A stretch of 64,000 nucleotides of DNA from Candidatus Latescibacterota bacterium (GCA_965200315.1 OZ241362.1:4480001-4544000); one strand, 5' to 3'; counted from the first letter of the stretch, positions 18,224-27,223 are shown. The notes: generated by a model from the sequence alone, not told the origin. Numbers and translations: made by a program.

Positions 18224-19468
18224 TCAACCTCCTCCAATAGATTGGACGGTCTTAAAAAAATCGGGCCAGATGGGCGTCAAGCAATCGCTGCCTTCGATGG
18301 TCAACTCTCCTTCGGCCAACAGCCCAGCCACGGCAAAGGCCATAGTTAAACCGGGATCGCCCTTGCCGTCGAGCCGGCCGCCTTGGAGCGGGAAGCCGCC
18401 TTTGATGACGAGCCCCTCGGGGAACTGGCCGATTCGCGCATCGAGCGAGCGCAGCGCAGCGCACAAATGCTCTACGTGCGGCAGGTCTTCGATATCGCGG
18501 ATGACCGTTGTCCCCGTCGCTTGGGTTGTCAAGACCGCTAGCAATGCGATCTGATCGGCGACCTTGGCCGCCCGCGGCCCGGCCACGCGGGTGGCTTTTA
18601 ACGGGCTGGTGCGCACGTGCAAGTCGCACTCAAAGCGCGTCGCTTCCTCGCGCTTTTTCCCGAGGGCTACCGCAGCGATCGGCGCCCCAATCTGCCGCAA
18701 CAAGTCCAAGAAGGCCCGCTGCCGAGGGCGAATGGCCACGCGCTTGATGGTTAGCTGCGACTCCTTGCGGCATAGCGCAGCCCCTATGAGCGGATAAGCC
18801 AACGCGAGTTGCCCGGGCACCTCTACGTCAGTTGCCTTTAACGCCTGTCCCCCCTCCACCGACAGCAGTCTGCGCCGCTCGACAGCAACCCCACGCTCGC
18901 GCAACAAGCGTTCCATGCGGCTGCCGACTTTCAGCACAGTCGTCCCCTCGGCAAAGAGCGCGGCCACCATTGCGCCCAGCGCGAGGGCGTTGGTCGGTGG
19001 TGCCTCGGAGAGGACGAACCCTTTGGCCTGCTGACCACCGATTACAAAGGTGTCCGTGCGCTCCTGTGCCACGGCGAACCCAAGTTGGGCCAGCAGGTTG
19101 AGCAAGGGCCGACACCGCTCGGCGTCCGCCCCCAACTTCACCGGCGAGCGAAACGTTTGCCCGGCGAGCAAGGGAAGCAACAACAGCGCGGTGTCGCCCA
19201 ACCCCGCTAGGTCAAGTGGGGCCGCTGCCTCCCGAAACCCCCGCAGCCCAACGCCGCGTACCCTATATGTGCCTGTGCGCTCGGCAATGTCAACTCCCAA
19301 CTCGCGCAACAGCGCGACCACGCGGCCAGCAGCAACGGGCACGTGGTGGACAGTACTATCTCCTTCGCTCAGCGCGGCCAACACGAGCGTACGCTCGGCT
19401 GGCTCCCGCTCTCCGGGCACTGAGACTTGCCCGGCGATTTTCTTGGCTGGACTTACGATTGCTGCCAT
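18224..19468 (-). CDS. aroA: AroA/EPSP synthase-fold protein with degenerate active site
   Basis: Collinear with EPSPS (VPG...LAALSEG, VRGVGLRG, LLAGQ, MAFAVAGL, PDFF) and sits in the tyrA-aroE position; catalytic motifs are substituted. Confidence 0.75.
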   Translation of the reverse strand: MAAIVSPAKKIAGQVSVPGEREPAERTLVLAALSEGDSTVHHVPVAAGRVVALLRELGVDIAERTGTYRVRGVGLRGFREAAAPLDLAGLGDTALLLLPLLAGQTFRSPVKLGADAERCRPLLNLLAQLGFAVAQERTDTFVIGGQQAKGFVLSEAPPTNALALGAMVAALFAEGTTVLKVGSRMERLLRERGVAVERRRLLSVEGGQALKATDVEVPGQLALAYPLIGAALCRKESQLTIKRVAIRPRQRAFLDLLRQIGAPIAAVALGKKREEATRFECDLHVRTSPLKATRVAGPRAAKVADQIALLAVLTTQATGTTVIRDIEDLPHVEHLCAALRSLDARIGQFPEGLVIKGGFPLQGGRLDGKGDPGLTMAFAVAGLLAEGELTIEGSDCLTPIWPDFFKTVQSIGGG

Positions 19469-19471
19469 CGA

Positions 19472-20572
19472 CTAGGGCCTCCGCACCACATACCCGAGCC
19501 GAGCCAAAATTCCCAGCGCATTTTCCGCGCTCTCCGCGCTGTCAAACCCCAACCGCAGCGTCCCTCCCTCGCCCTCGCGCACCTTCATCACCTCAATATC
19601 GTTGATGTTCACCCCTTGCGTCCCCAGTGCCTGCCCAATCTCGGCGATGACGCCTGGTCGGTCCTCGGCTAGCACCAAGATCTCGTGCAGTGCGTGAATA
19701 AACCCTTTTGAATCCCGCGGGATGGACCCCCGAATTTCATTGGCAAAATCGAAATCCGCCTTTAGCTCCTCGGCCTCCAGCCGCTCCCTCACTTCCGCGA
19801 GCGCGGTGCTGTAGCGGTCGATCATCGCACGAATCTCGTCGGCATTGGTCGCGCAGATATCCTCCCACACCGGCGCGAACGGGCTGGAAGCAATCCGCGT
19901 CAAATCGCGGAAACCGCCAGCAGCGAGCGGCAGGAAGTGGTCCCGCTCGGCATTCAGCCGCCCGACCATACTCACCAGCGAGGTCGCCAGCATCTGCGGC
20001 AGGTGGCTGATAGCGGCGACCGCCCGGTCGTGTGCCCCAGCGTCCAGTTCCATAACCCGTGCCCCAACCTGACTCAAGAGCGCAGTCAATGCTTGGTAGC
20101 ACTCGGCCGGCACCTTCTGGTCGGGGACCAAAATGTAGATCGCATTCTGGAAGAGGAACGGATCGGCCGCGGCCACGCCCGCCTTTTCAGAGCCAGCCAT
20201 TGGGTGGCCGCCGACAAAGTACATCTCGTCGCTGAAATGAGCTTGGGCCGCCGCGACAATGCGCCGCTTGGTGCTCCCCACATCGGTAACCAGCGTCCCC
20301 GGCTCGGCGAGCCGCCCCACCTCTGCAATCAGCGTGAGAATCCGCTTGATCGGGGTGCAGATAAAGACCAAGTCGGCGCCTTTGAGTGCGCACTCCAGCT
20401 CGTCGTAGCCCCAACCCTCGTCGATCACGCCCAACTCCAGCGCGCGGGCGATGGTTGCGGGGCGGCTTACGCCCACAAGCCGCCCGCCAAAGCCGGTGCG
20501 CTGGAGTGCCAAGCCTATTGAGCCGCCAATCAGGCCCACGCCGACGATGACGGCCCGCCGGAAGAAGGCTAG
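19472..20572 (-). CDS. tyrA: Prephenate dehydrogenase with C-terminal ACT domain (start unresolved)
   Basis: RAVIVGVGLIGGS Rossmann motif, TDVGSTK, GGHPMAGSE, HD...SHLP, GFRDLTRIA; ACT domain with DRPGVIA. Confidence 0.9.
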   Translation of the reverse strand, partial: LAFFRRAVIVGVGLIGGSIGLALQRTGFGGRLVGVSRPATIARALELGVIDEGWGYDELECALKGADLVFICTPIKRILTLIAEVGRLAEPGTLVTDVGSTKRRIVAAAQAHFSDEMYFVGGHPMAGSEKAGVAAADPFLFQNAIYILVPDQKVPAECYQALTALLSQVGARVMELDAGAHDRAVAAISHLPQMLATSLVSMVGRLNAERDHFLPLAAGGFRDLTRIASSPFAPVWEDICATNADEIRAMIDRYSTALAEVRERLEAEELKADFDFANEIRGSIPRDSKGFIHALHEILVLAEDRPGVIAEIGQALGTQGVNINDIEVMKVREGEGGTLRLGFDSAESAENALGILARLGYVVRRP

Positions 20573-20832
20573 GTCTCCTCGCGTTCAAAGTTGGTGGTGA
20601 GTTCGATGAGCAGCCGGTAGAGCATCTCTAGGGCCTCGTCCTTCATCGGCCCTTGGTTGTAGGCCTTGATCTTGGCGAGCACGATGCGCTCGCGTTCGGC
20701 ATCGCGTATTGGTTTTCCCGCGGCCTTTTTGATTCGCCCGATCTCTTGCGCGCACTGTATGCGCTCGTTGAGCAGATCGATCAGTTGCTGGTCGATGCCA
20801 TCTATGCGTTCGCGCCAGTCACTCAGGTCCAT
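20569..20832 (-). CDS. Chorismate mutase (AroQ, type II)
   Basis: L..WRERID.ID..L..LLNER...IG..K...D..RE motif. Confidence 0.92.
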   Translation of the reverse strand: MDLSDWRERIDGIDQQLIDLLNERIQCAQEIGRIKKAAGKPIRDAERERIVLAKIKAYNQGPMKDEALEMLYRLLIELTTNFEREET

Positions 20833-20841
20833 AGTTGCCCC

Positions 20842-21825
20842 TTACCGATGTCCCATGGCTCGGCGGACCGCATCCATTGTCGCGTCGACGATCGGGCGCA
20901 GCTCCTCGACGCTCTCGGCGAGCACCCCGTCAATGTACGCGGGATCCGCGGTCAACTTCCGATAGCGAGCTTGAATCGGTTCGATCTCGGCGAGGACCAC
21001 TGCGGCCAGTTCCTTTTTTAAGTCGCCGTACCCTTTGCCGGCAAAATGCGCCTCAATCTCGTCGTTCTCTAGGCCGGTCAACGCCTGATAGATGGTCAGG
21101 AGGTTGTACAGCCCGGGGCGCTGCGGGTCGAGGACAATGTCGCGCTGCGAATCCGTCACCGCCCGCATGATCGTCTTGCGGACAGTGGCTGGGTCATCGA
21201 GCAAACCGATGCTGTGGTACTGGCCCTCGGCGGATTTAGACATTTTCGCGGTCGGATCGTCGAGCCCCATGATCCGCGCCCCAACTTGCGGAATGACTGG
21301 CTCGGGCACGGTGAACACCTCGCCGAACTGGCGATTGAACCGCTCGGCGATGTCGCGGGTCAGTTCCACGTGCTGTTTTTGGTCGTCGCCGACCGGCACC
21401 TCGTGCGCCTGATAGAGCAAAATATCGGCCGCCATCAACGCTGGATAGACGAACAGTCCGGTGCCGACGCGCTCGCGCCGCGCCCCCACCCGATCCTTGA
21501 ACTGGGTCATCCGCTCTAGCCAGCCCATCGGCGTGATGCAGGTCAACAGCCAAGCCAACTCAGTGTGCTCCGGGATGTGCGACTGCACGAAGAGGCGACA
21601 CTTTTGCGGATCGAGGCCGCAGGCGATGTACAGGGCCACGGCCTCGCGCGTACCGCAGCGCAAAGCCTGCGGGTCGTAGGGCCCGGTGATCGCGTGCTGA
21701 TCGACCACGCAGAAGATGTTGTCGCGGTCCGCTAGGTTGGCCAGCCAGTTGCGGACGGCCCCGATGTAGTTGCCGATGTGGATGTGGCCCGAAGGCTGAA
21801 TGCCCGAAAACACTCGTTTTTTCAC
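20842..21825 (-). CDS. trpS: Tryptophan--tRNA ligase
   Basis: SGIQPSG, HIGN, YPALMAADIL, VPVGDDQ and KMSKS motifs. Confidence 0.97.
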   Translation of the reverse strand: MKKRVFSGIQPSGHIHIGNYIGAVRNWLANLADRDNIFCVVDQHAITGPYDPQALRCGTREAVALYIACGLDPQKCRLFVQSHIPEHTELAWLLTCITPMGWLERMTQFKDRVGARRERVGTGLFVYPALMAADILLYQAHEVPVGDDQKQHVELTRDIAERFNRQFGEVFTVPEPVIPQVGARIMGLDDPTAKMSKSAEGQYHSIGLLDDPATVRKTIMRAVTDSQRDIVLDPQRPGLYNLLTIYQALTGLENDEIEAHFAGKGYGDLKKELAAVVLAEIEPIQARYRKLTADPAYIDGVLAESVEELRPIVDATMDAVRRAMGHR

Positions 21826-22601
21826 GTGCCCAATAGCTCCCTCACTTTAGCCCCGATATCGGCTTCGCGCATCAGGGATTCGCCGACCAAGATCGCATCG
21901 ACGCCGGCGCCGGCGAGCCGCTCGACATCGCGGCGATGTTCAATTCCGCTCTCGCTGACCACGACAGCCCCCTCCGGCATCTGCTCCAGAAGCGCGAAAG
22001 TCGTCTCCAAGGTCGTCTCGAAGGTCCGCAGATCGCGGTTGTTGACGCCGATGAGCCGGGCACCGGCCGCTTTGGCCCGCGTCAGTTCCGCTCCATCGTG
22101 GACTTCAACGAGCGCGTCTAATTCCAACTCGCTGGCGAGGCCAAGATAGTCGTCGAGCTGGCTGGAGTCCATTAGCGCCACGATCAGCAAAACGGCGTCA
22201 GCACCGATGACGCGGGCTTCGTAGAGCTGGTACTCGTCGATAGTGAAGTCCTTGCGCAACACTGGCAAGCCCGCAACCTCTTTGGCCATCTGCACATACG
22301 CATCGCATCCCTGAAAATACGCCTCGTCCGTCAATACCGAAAGACAGCGCGCACCATGAGCGGCATACGCATCGGCGATCCACTCGGGGTCGAAGTCGGC
22401 ACGGATGACACCTTTGGACGGCGAGGCTTTTTTTACCTCGGCGATCAACGCAATCTCGTCCGCAGTTAGCGCCCCTATAAAATCGGCCGGCGAGGACGTA
22501 TCGCGCGCCTGTGACCGCACATCGGCCAAACTGCGCTGACGCTGGCGGTCGGCGACGAACTCGCGCTTGTACGCGGCTATTTGGCTTAGGATATCCGCCA
22601 T
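21822..22601 (-). CDS. trpC: Indole-3-glycerol phosphate synthase
   Basis: IAEVKKASPSKG, SVLTD, LRKDF, GVNNRDL and SESG motifs. Confidence 0.96.
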   Translation of the reverse strand: MADILSQIAAYKREFVADRQRQRSLADVRSQARDTSSPADFIGALTADEIALIAEVKKASPSKGVIRADFDPEWIADAYAAHGARCLSVLTDEAYFQGCDAYVQMAKEVAGLPVLRKDFTIDEYQLYEARVIGADAVLLIVALMDSSQLDDYLGLASELELDALVEVHDGAELTRAKAAGARLIGVNNRDLRTFETTLETTFALLEQMPEGAVVVSESGIEHRRDVERLAGAGVDAILVGESLMREADIGAKVRELLGT

Positions 22602-22603
22602 CG

Positions 22604-23614
22604 TCAGGAGTTGCTTACCTCGACCAGCCGCTCTAGGGCTTGGCGCGCCTGGCCCGAGTCTATGGATTCTTGGGCTACTTCGAGACCAGCGGTTATATCC
22701 TCGGCCAGCCCGCCAACGACTATGGCCGCGGCCGCGTTGAGCAACACTACATCGCGCTGTGGCCCCTCCTCGCCGTCGAGTACCTCGCGCAGGATGCGCG
22801 CATTGTAGGCCGCGTCGCCGCCTTTGAGGGCCCAGGCTGAGACTGTCTGCAAACCAAAATCCTCTGGGTGGAGCTGGCGCGTATTGATTTGTCCGTCTCT
22901 AAGCTCGCTGACCTGCGTCGGCCCGGTCAGGGTGATCTCGTCTAGCCCGTCCGCGCCGTGTACCACCAAGGCCCGCGCCGATCCCAACTCGCGCAGCACC
23001 CCGGCGAGCACCTCGGTCAACGCGCCATCGTACACCCCGAGCAATTGCCTTTGGGCTCCGGCCGGATTGGTCAGCGGCCCCAAGGCGTTAAAAACCGTGC
23101 GAGTGGCCAACTCCCGGCGCGGGCCAATGGCGTGTTTCATCGCCCCGTGCAAGGCCACCGCAAAGAGGAAGCCGATGCCGACTTCGTCGATGCACTCGCC
23201 GACCTTTTCCGGCGTGGCTGCGACGTTGACGCCGAGCTCGCCGAGCACGTCCGCCGAGCCGCACTGGCTCGATATGGATCGGTTGCCGTGCTTGGCCACC
23301 GCTAGGCCCGCGCCGCAGGCGACAAAGGCTACCGCAGTAGAAATGTTGAAGGTGCCCGAGGCATCGCCGCCGGTGCCACAGGTATCGATGAGATCGGGGC
23401 GCACCGTCGCTATGGGCGTGGCTTTCTCGCGCATGACTTCGGCGCAGCCGGCGATCTCGTCGATGGTCTCGCCCTTGATCCGCAGGGCGACGAGAAACGC
23501 GCCGATCTGCGCGTCGGTGGCTTGGCCGCTCATGATCTGCTCCATGGCCGCCCGCGCCGCGGCGCGACTCAAATCCGCTCCGGCGATCAGGTCTTTTATA
23601 GCTTCTTGTATCAT
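22604..23614 (-). CDS. trpD: Anthranilate phosphoribosyltransferase
   Basis: DTCGTGGD...FNIST, KHGNRS and GLDE motifs. Confidence 0.96.
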   Translation of the reverse strand: MIQEAIKDLIAGADLSRAAARAAMEQIMSGQATDAQIGAFLVALRIKGETIDEIAGCAEVMREKATPIATVRPDLIDTCGTGGDASGTFNISTAVAFVACGAGLAVAKHGNRSISSQCGSADVLGELGVNVAATPEKVGECIDEVGIGFLFAVALHGAMKHAIGPRRELATRTVFNALGPLTNPAGAQRQLLGVYDGALTEVLAGVLRELGSARALVVHGADGLDEITLTGPTQVSELRDGQINTRQLHPEDFGLQTVSAWALKGGDAAYNARILREVLDGEEGPQRDVVLLNAAAAIVVGGLAEDITAGLEVAQESIDSGQARQALERLVEVSNS

Positions 23615-23624
23615 GCTCGCTCCC

Positions 23625-24188
23625 CTATATGCGAAGAAAATTGGCCAGCAGTTGTTTGCCTTCTATCGTCAGAATCGATTCCGGGTGGAACTGCACCCCT
23701 TCGAGGGGCCAGCGCCGGTGCCGAAGCCCCATAATGGTCCCATCGTCGCTTTCCGCCGATACTTCGAGGCATTCGGGTAAACTCGCTCGCTCGACAGCCA
23801 GCGAGTGATAGCGAGTGGCCGCGAAGGGGTTTTGCAGGCCGGCGAACAGGGTGCGGCCGTCGTGTTGCACGGCCGTCGCACGGCCGTGGACAATCTCGCT
23901 GGCCCGCAGGACGCGCCCGCCGCAAACTTGGGCGATGACTTGGTGCCCTAAGCACACGCCTAAAATGGGAACCACACCGGCCAACTGCTCGACGAGTGCG
24001 CACGAAATTCCAGCTTGCGCTGGGCCACCGGGACCAGGCGATATAACGACGCGCTCGGGCGCGAGTGCCACCGCTGCGGCGACCGTCAATTCGTCGTTGT
24101 GCAAGACCTTGGTCGCCGCCCCTAATTCCTCTAAATAATGCACCAAATTGTAGGTAAAGGAGTCGTAGTTATCAAGTATCAGCAGCAT
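23625..24188 (-). CDS. trpG: Anthranilate/aminodeoxychorismate synthase glutaminase subunit (TrpG/PabA)
   Basis: DNYDSFTYNL, SPGPG, GVCLGHQ, RYHSL and QFHPES motifs. Confidence 0.9.
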   Translation of the reverse strand: MLLILDNYDSFTYNLVHYLEELGAATKVLHNDELTVAAAVALAPERVVISPGPGGPAQAGISCALVEQLAGVVPILGVCLGHQVIAQVCGGRVLRASEIVHGRATAVQHDGRTLFAGLQNPFAATRYHSLAVERASLPECLEVSAESDDGTIMGLRHRRWPLEGVQFHPESILTIEGKQLLANFLRI

Positions 24189-24192
24189 GGCT

Positions 24193-26367
24193 TCAGCGCG
24201 CTAGTTTCCCTATTACTTGGGCAATCAGCCGCAAGCCTAAATCGTCCTTGAGCGTCAAGATCGACTCCGGGTGAAACTGCACGGCCGCCACTGGTAATTC
24301 GCGGTGTTCCACAGCCATGATGACCTCGTCGGTCTGCGCTAACACCCGCAAGCACTCGGGCAACTTCTCCGGCACGGCATAGAGCGAGTGATAGCGCCCG
24401 GCGACAAACTCCGTGGGAAACCCAGCGAAAATCCCTTCCGGCGTGCAGTGGATCGTCGATTTCTTGCCGTGCATCGGGTAGGAAAGCACCCCTAACTCGC
24501 CACCGAGCGCCTCGACGATGCCCTGCAAGCCGAGGCACACGCCGAAAACCGGCAGCGTACGTCGGACGCACTCGTCGACCAACTCCGGTACGCCGAATTC
24601 CTCGGGCATACCGGGCCCCGGCGAGATAAAGACCAGATCGGGATCAAACTCGGCGAAGACGCGCTGGGGGTCGCGCAGGCCCCGCACACCACTGCCGTCG
24701 CGCGCTCTCGCAGCGCGCACGGTCACCACTTCGGCTCCCGTCTGCCGCACGTAATCGCCGAGCATGTGGACGAAAGAGTCGCGGTTATCGACAAAGAGCA
24801 CCCGCTTGCCCTGCCCGGAAGCCGCGATTTGCACACTCTTCTTCGCGGCATCGTTCGCGCCGATCACCGCGTTGATAAAGGTCTCGGCCTTGGCCCGCGT
24901 TTCGCGCTCCTCGGCGTCCGGGTCCGAGTCGCAGAGGAGGGTCGCCCCGGCCCGCACTTGGGCCATGCCGTCCTCCAAGTGTACGGTGCGAATGGTGATT
25001 CCGGTGTTTATCTCGCCGCTAAAGAGCAGCATGCCAATGCAGCCGCCGTACCAGCGCCGCGCCGAGTTTTCCAGTTCCTCAATTTTCTGCATGGCCGCTG
25101 GCTTGGGTGCGCCGGTAAGTGTTACCGCCCATAGATGCGAAAGCAGGGCGTCGAATCCATCGCAGTCGTCCTTCAGCTCGCCGACGACTTGGTCTACGGT
25201 GTGAAAGACCTTGGAGTACTTTTCGATCATCCGCCGCCCGACCACTCGCACCGATCCTTCCTTGCAAACCCGCGCTTTGTCGTTGCGGTCGACGTCCGTA
25301 CACATGTTCAACTCGGCTTCGTCCTTTTTTGAGTTGAGCAAGTCGCGGATTTGCTCGGCGTCCTCCATCACGGTTTTGCCGCGGCCAATGGTCCCGGCAA
25401 TCGGACTGGTCTCGACGAATGACCCGTTGACCCGCACGAACATCTCGGGCGAAGCACCGATCAGATACTCGTCGCCGAGGTTGATGAAAAACTCATAGGG
25501 GCTGGGACTAGTGCGGCGAATATTCTCAAAGAGGGTGTGCGGGCTGCCGACATAGCCCGCGCTGAGCACTTGGCTCGGGGTCACTTCAAAGAAGTCGCCG
25601 CGCTCGGTCCCGGCGATGACCTCGCGCACTTTGTCGGCGTATTCCCCAGGGGCGTGGTCGCACGTGATCTCGGTCGCTGCGCCGCGCACATAAGGCACGG
25701 CGTCCGTGCAGCGCGCCAAGCCCTCGGTTGAAGCCCCGTTAGCGGCAAATTCATAGTGGTAGCGCCGCGCCTGCTCCTTGCGGTGATCGACGACGACCAA
25801 TTCGTCTGGCAAAAAGAGGTGCAGATCGGGCCGGTCTTCGCGGCGCGGGTGGCACAGTTGGAGCGGCTCAAACTGGAGTACCAAGTCGTAGCCCAGTGCC
25901 CCGTAAAACCCCAAGTGGTTTTCGCCCTCAGCTCGCATCTGCGCCATTAGGGCGCGCAGGACGCTGAAGATCGTCGGCTGCTTGGAACGCTCCTCTTCGG
26001 GGAAGTACTCGGGCATGGGTGCCACCGCGCCTTTGAGCTGCCCCTCGGTTCGCTTCAACTCAATCACATGTTCGTGCTGGGCAAGGCTCCCGCGAAAGAT
26101 ATCCAGCAGCATCTCGCCGCGGGCGTTGAGTGCCCGCAAGGCAAAGGCGCGCTGACGCGCCACCAGTTCCAGCGGCGGATCGACGAAGCCGATGTCCCAG
26201 CGACTGTACCGCCCTGGATACTCGTAGCCGCTGGCAAAGACCGCACCTCGGTGAGTATTGAGCCGTTCGAGCAGAGACGTTAGCGGCCTTTCTATGGGTA
26301 ATTCCTCGGTTTGGCGCTTGACTTCGACGCCGCCAGCCGTGCGAAAAGTTTCCGTGTGAATGGTCAT
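24193..26367 (-). CDS. trpE: Fused anthranilate synthase TrpE(G)
   Basis: SGYEYPGRYSRWD, GASPEMFVRV, DVDRND, TGAPK; C-terminal GATase with GVCLG and QFHPES; GGAG RBS before ATG at 26367. Confidence 0.93.
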   Translation of the reverse strand: MTIHTETFRTAGGVEVKRQTEELPIERPLTSLLERLNTHRGAVFASGYEYPGRYSRWDIGFVDPPLELVARQRAFALRALNARGEMLLDIFRGSLAQHEHVIELKRTEGQLKGAVAPMPEYFPEEERSKQPTIFSVLRALMAQMRAEGENHLGFYGALGYDLVLQFEPLQLCHPRREDRPDLHLFLPDELVVVDHRKEQARRYHYEFAANGASTEGLARCTDAVPYVRGAATEITCDHAPGEYADKVREVIAGTERGDFFEVTPSQVLSAGYVGSPHTLFENIRRTSPSPYEFFINLGDEYLIGASPEMFVRVNGSFVETSPIAGTIGRGKTVMEDAEQIRDLLNSKKDEAELNMCTDVDRNDKARVCKEGSVRVVGRRMIEKYSKVFHTVDQVVGELKDDCDGFDALLSHLWAVTLTGAPKPAAMQKIEELENSARRWYGGCIGMLLFSGEINTGITIRTVHLEDGMAQVRAGATLLCDSDPDAEERETRAKAETFINAVIGANDAAKKSVQIAASGQGKRVLFVDNRDSFVHMLGDYVRQTGAEVVTVRAARARDGSGVRGLRDPQRVFAEFDPDLVFISPGPGMPEEFGVPELVDECVRRTLPVFGVCLGLQGIVEALGGELGVLSYPMHGKKSTIHCTPEGIFAGFPTEFVAGRYHSLYAVPEKLPECLRVLAQTDEVIMAVEHRELPVAAVQFHPESILTLKDDLGLRLIAQVIGKLAR

Positions 26368-26383
26368 GGCGTTCTCCAAGAAC

Positions 26384-26416
26384 AAAAAAACGCGGACACC
26401 CGAGGGCATCCGCGTT
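26384..26416 (-). terminator. trp attenuator intrinsic terminator
   Basis: Minus strand AACGCGGATGCCC-TCG-GGTGTCCGCGTT with a terminal T7 run, just upstream of trpE. Confidence 0.85.
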
Positions 26417-26439
26417 GGATTGAAAAATCTCGTCGCAGT

Positions 26440-26520
26440 CTAGCGGATGGACGCACCTCTCTCCCGGCTCGGGGGATACCAAGCGCGCCACCAGCGACGA
26501 ATGTGAGGCGAAAATTTCAT
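26440..26520 (-). CDS. trpL: trp operon leader peptide (26 aa)
   Basis: MKFSPHIRRWWRAWYPPSRERGASIR* with three Trp codons, two of them tandem, ahead of the terminator. Confidence 0.88.
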   Translation of the reverse strand: MKFSPHIRRWWRAWYPPSRERGASIR

Positions 26521-26529
26521 AACGGGCAA

Positions 26530-26558
26530 AAAGTAAAGGGGCCGCTAGTACCTGTCAA
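26530..26558 (-). promoter_or_regulatory. sigma70 promoter of the trp leader
   Basis: TTGACA-N17-TACTTT. Confidence 0.75.
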
Positions 26559-26579
26559 GCTGTTGGCGAATCAATGCCG

Positions 26580-26951
26580 CTACGGCAGAGGGCATATAAC
26601 CACCCGGCCTCCGTCTACGACTTGAACGATCAACTCACAGCCGTAAAGCAGAGACATGCCAACAAGAGGAGCACAGTCTGCCTCGTCCACAGCAATCCGT
26701 CTCGGCCTGCTATTCCATGTGACAGTGGCCTCGTAGATATCGAAAAGGCTGTCTCGGCCATCGGCTAGCATAGCCCGCCCCCGCCGGCACCAGACAAGAC
26801 CCAACTCCTGAATGAGGGATGCCGGAAGCGTCAGGAAACCGTTGAAACCTGTATCGACAACCGCATCGATTGAGCACCTCCGGTTTTGGGGTCCCCTCAC
26901 ATTCAGAGAGATGATGGCTTCGCGGTATGCAGTAACATGGCCGGTTATCAT
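26580..26951 (-). CDS. Clan AA (retropepsin-like) aspartic protease
   Basis: AVVDTGFNG catalytic motif, LADG flap, LVGMSLL; ATGA overlap with the upstream gene. Confidence 0.85.
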   Translation of the reverse strand: MITGHVTAYREAIISLNVRGPQNRRCSIDAVVDTGFNGFLTLPASLIQELGLVWCRRGRAMLADGRDSLFDIYEATVTWNSRPRRIAVDEADCAPLVGMSLLYGCELIVQVVDGGRVVICPLP

Positions 26952-27223
26952 GCGCCTCCCCCCCGTTCGCACGGTCCAAAGCGGCGGGCATACCGGGATC
27001 CGACGCGTCTTGTCCACATTTGTGCATCGAGTCTGCGGGCAAGAAGCCGGTCGGATGCAGCTAGTTCGTCCTGATCAATTTCATAATCCCCCGTCTCGAT
27101 GTCGATGATCACGAACTTACCTTCGTCGTCAGGTTCAACATGGGGGCTTATATCTCGGTCATAAATCTCATCGCCGCGGCGGGCGAACTCCTCTTTGCTG
27201 TACCGAGGTTTTGATACGGACAT
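26948..27223 (-). CDS. Small DUF5678-like protein coupled to the aspartic protease
   Basis: GDEIY...GKFVIIDIETGDYE...RVG pattern. Confidence 0.65.
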   Translation of the reverse strand: MSVSKPRYSKEEFARRGDEIYDRDISPHVEPDDEGKFVIIDIETGDYEIDQDELAASDRLLARRLDAQMWTRRVGSRYARRFGPCERGGGA

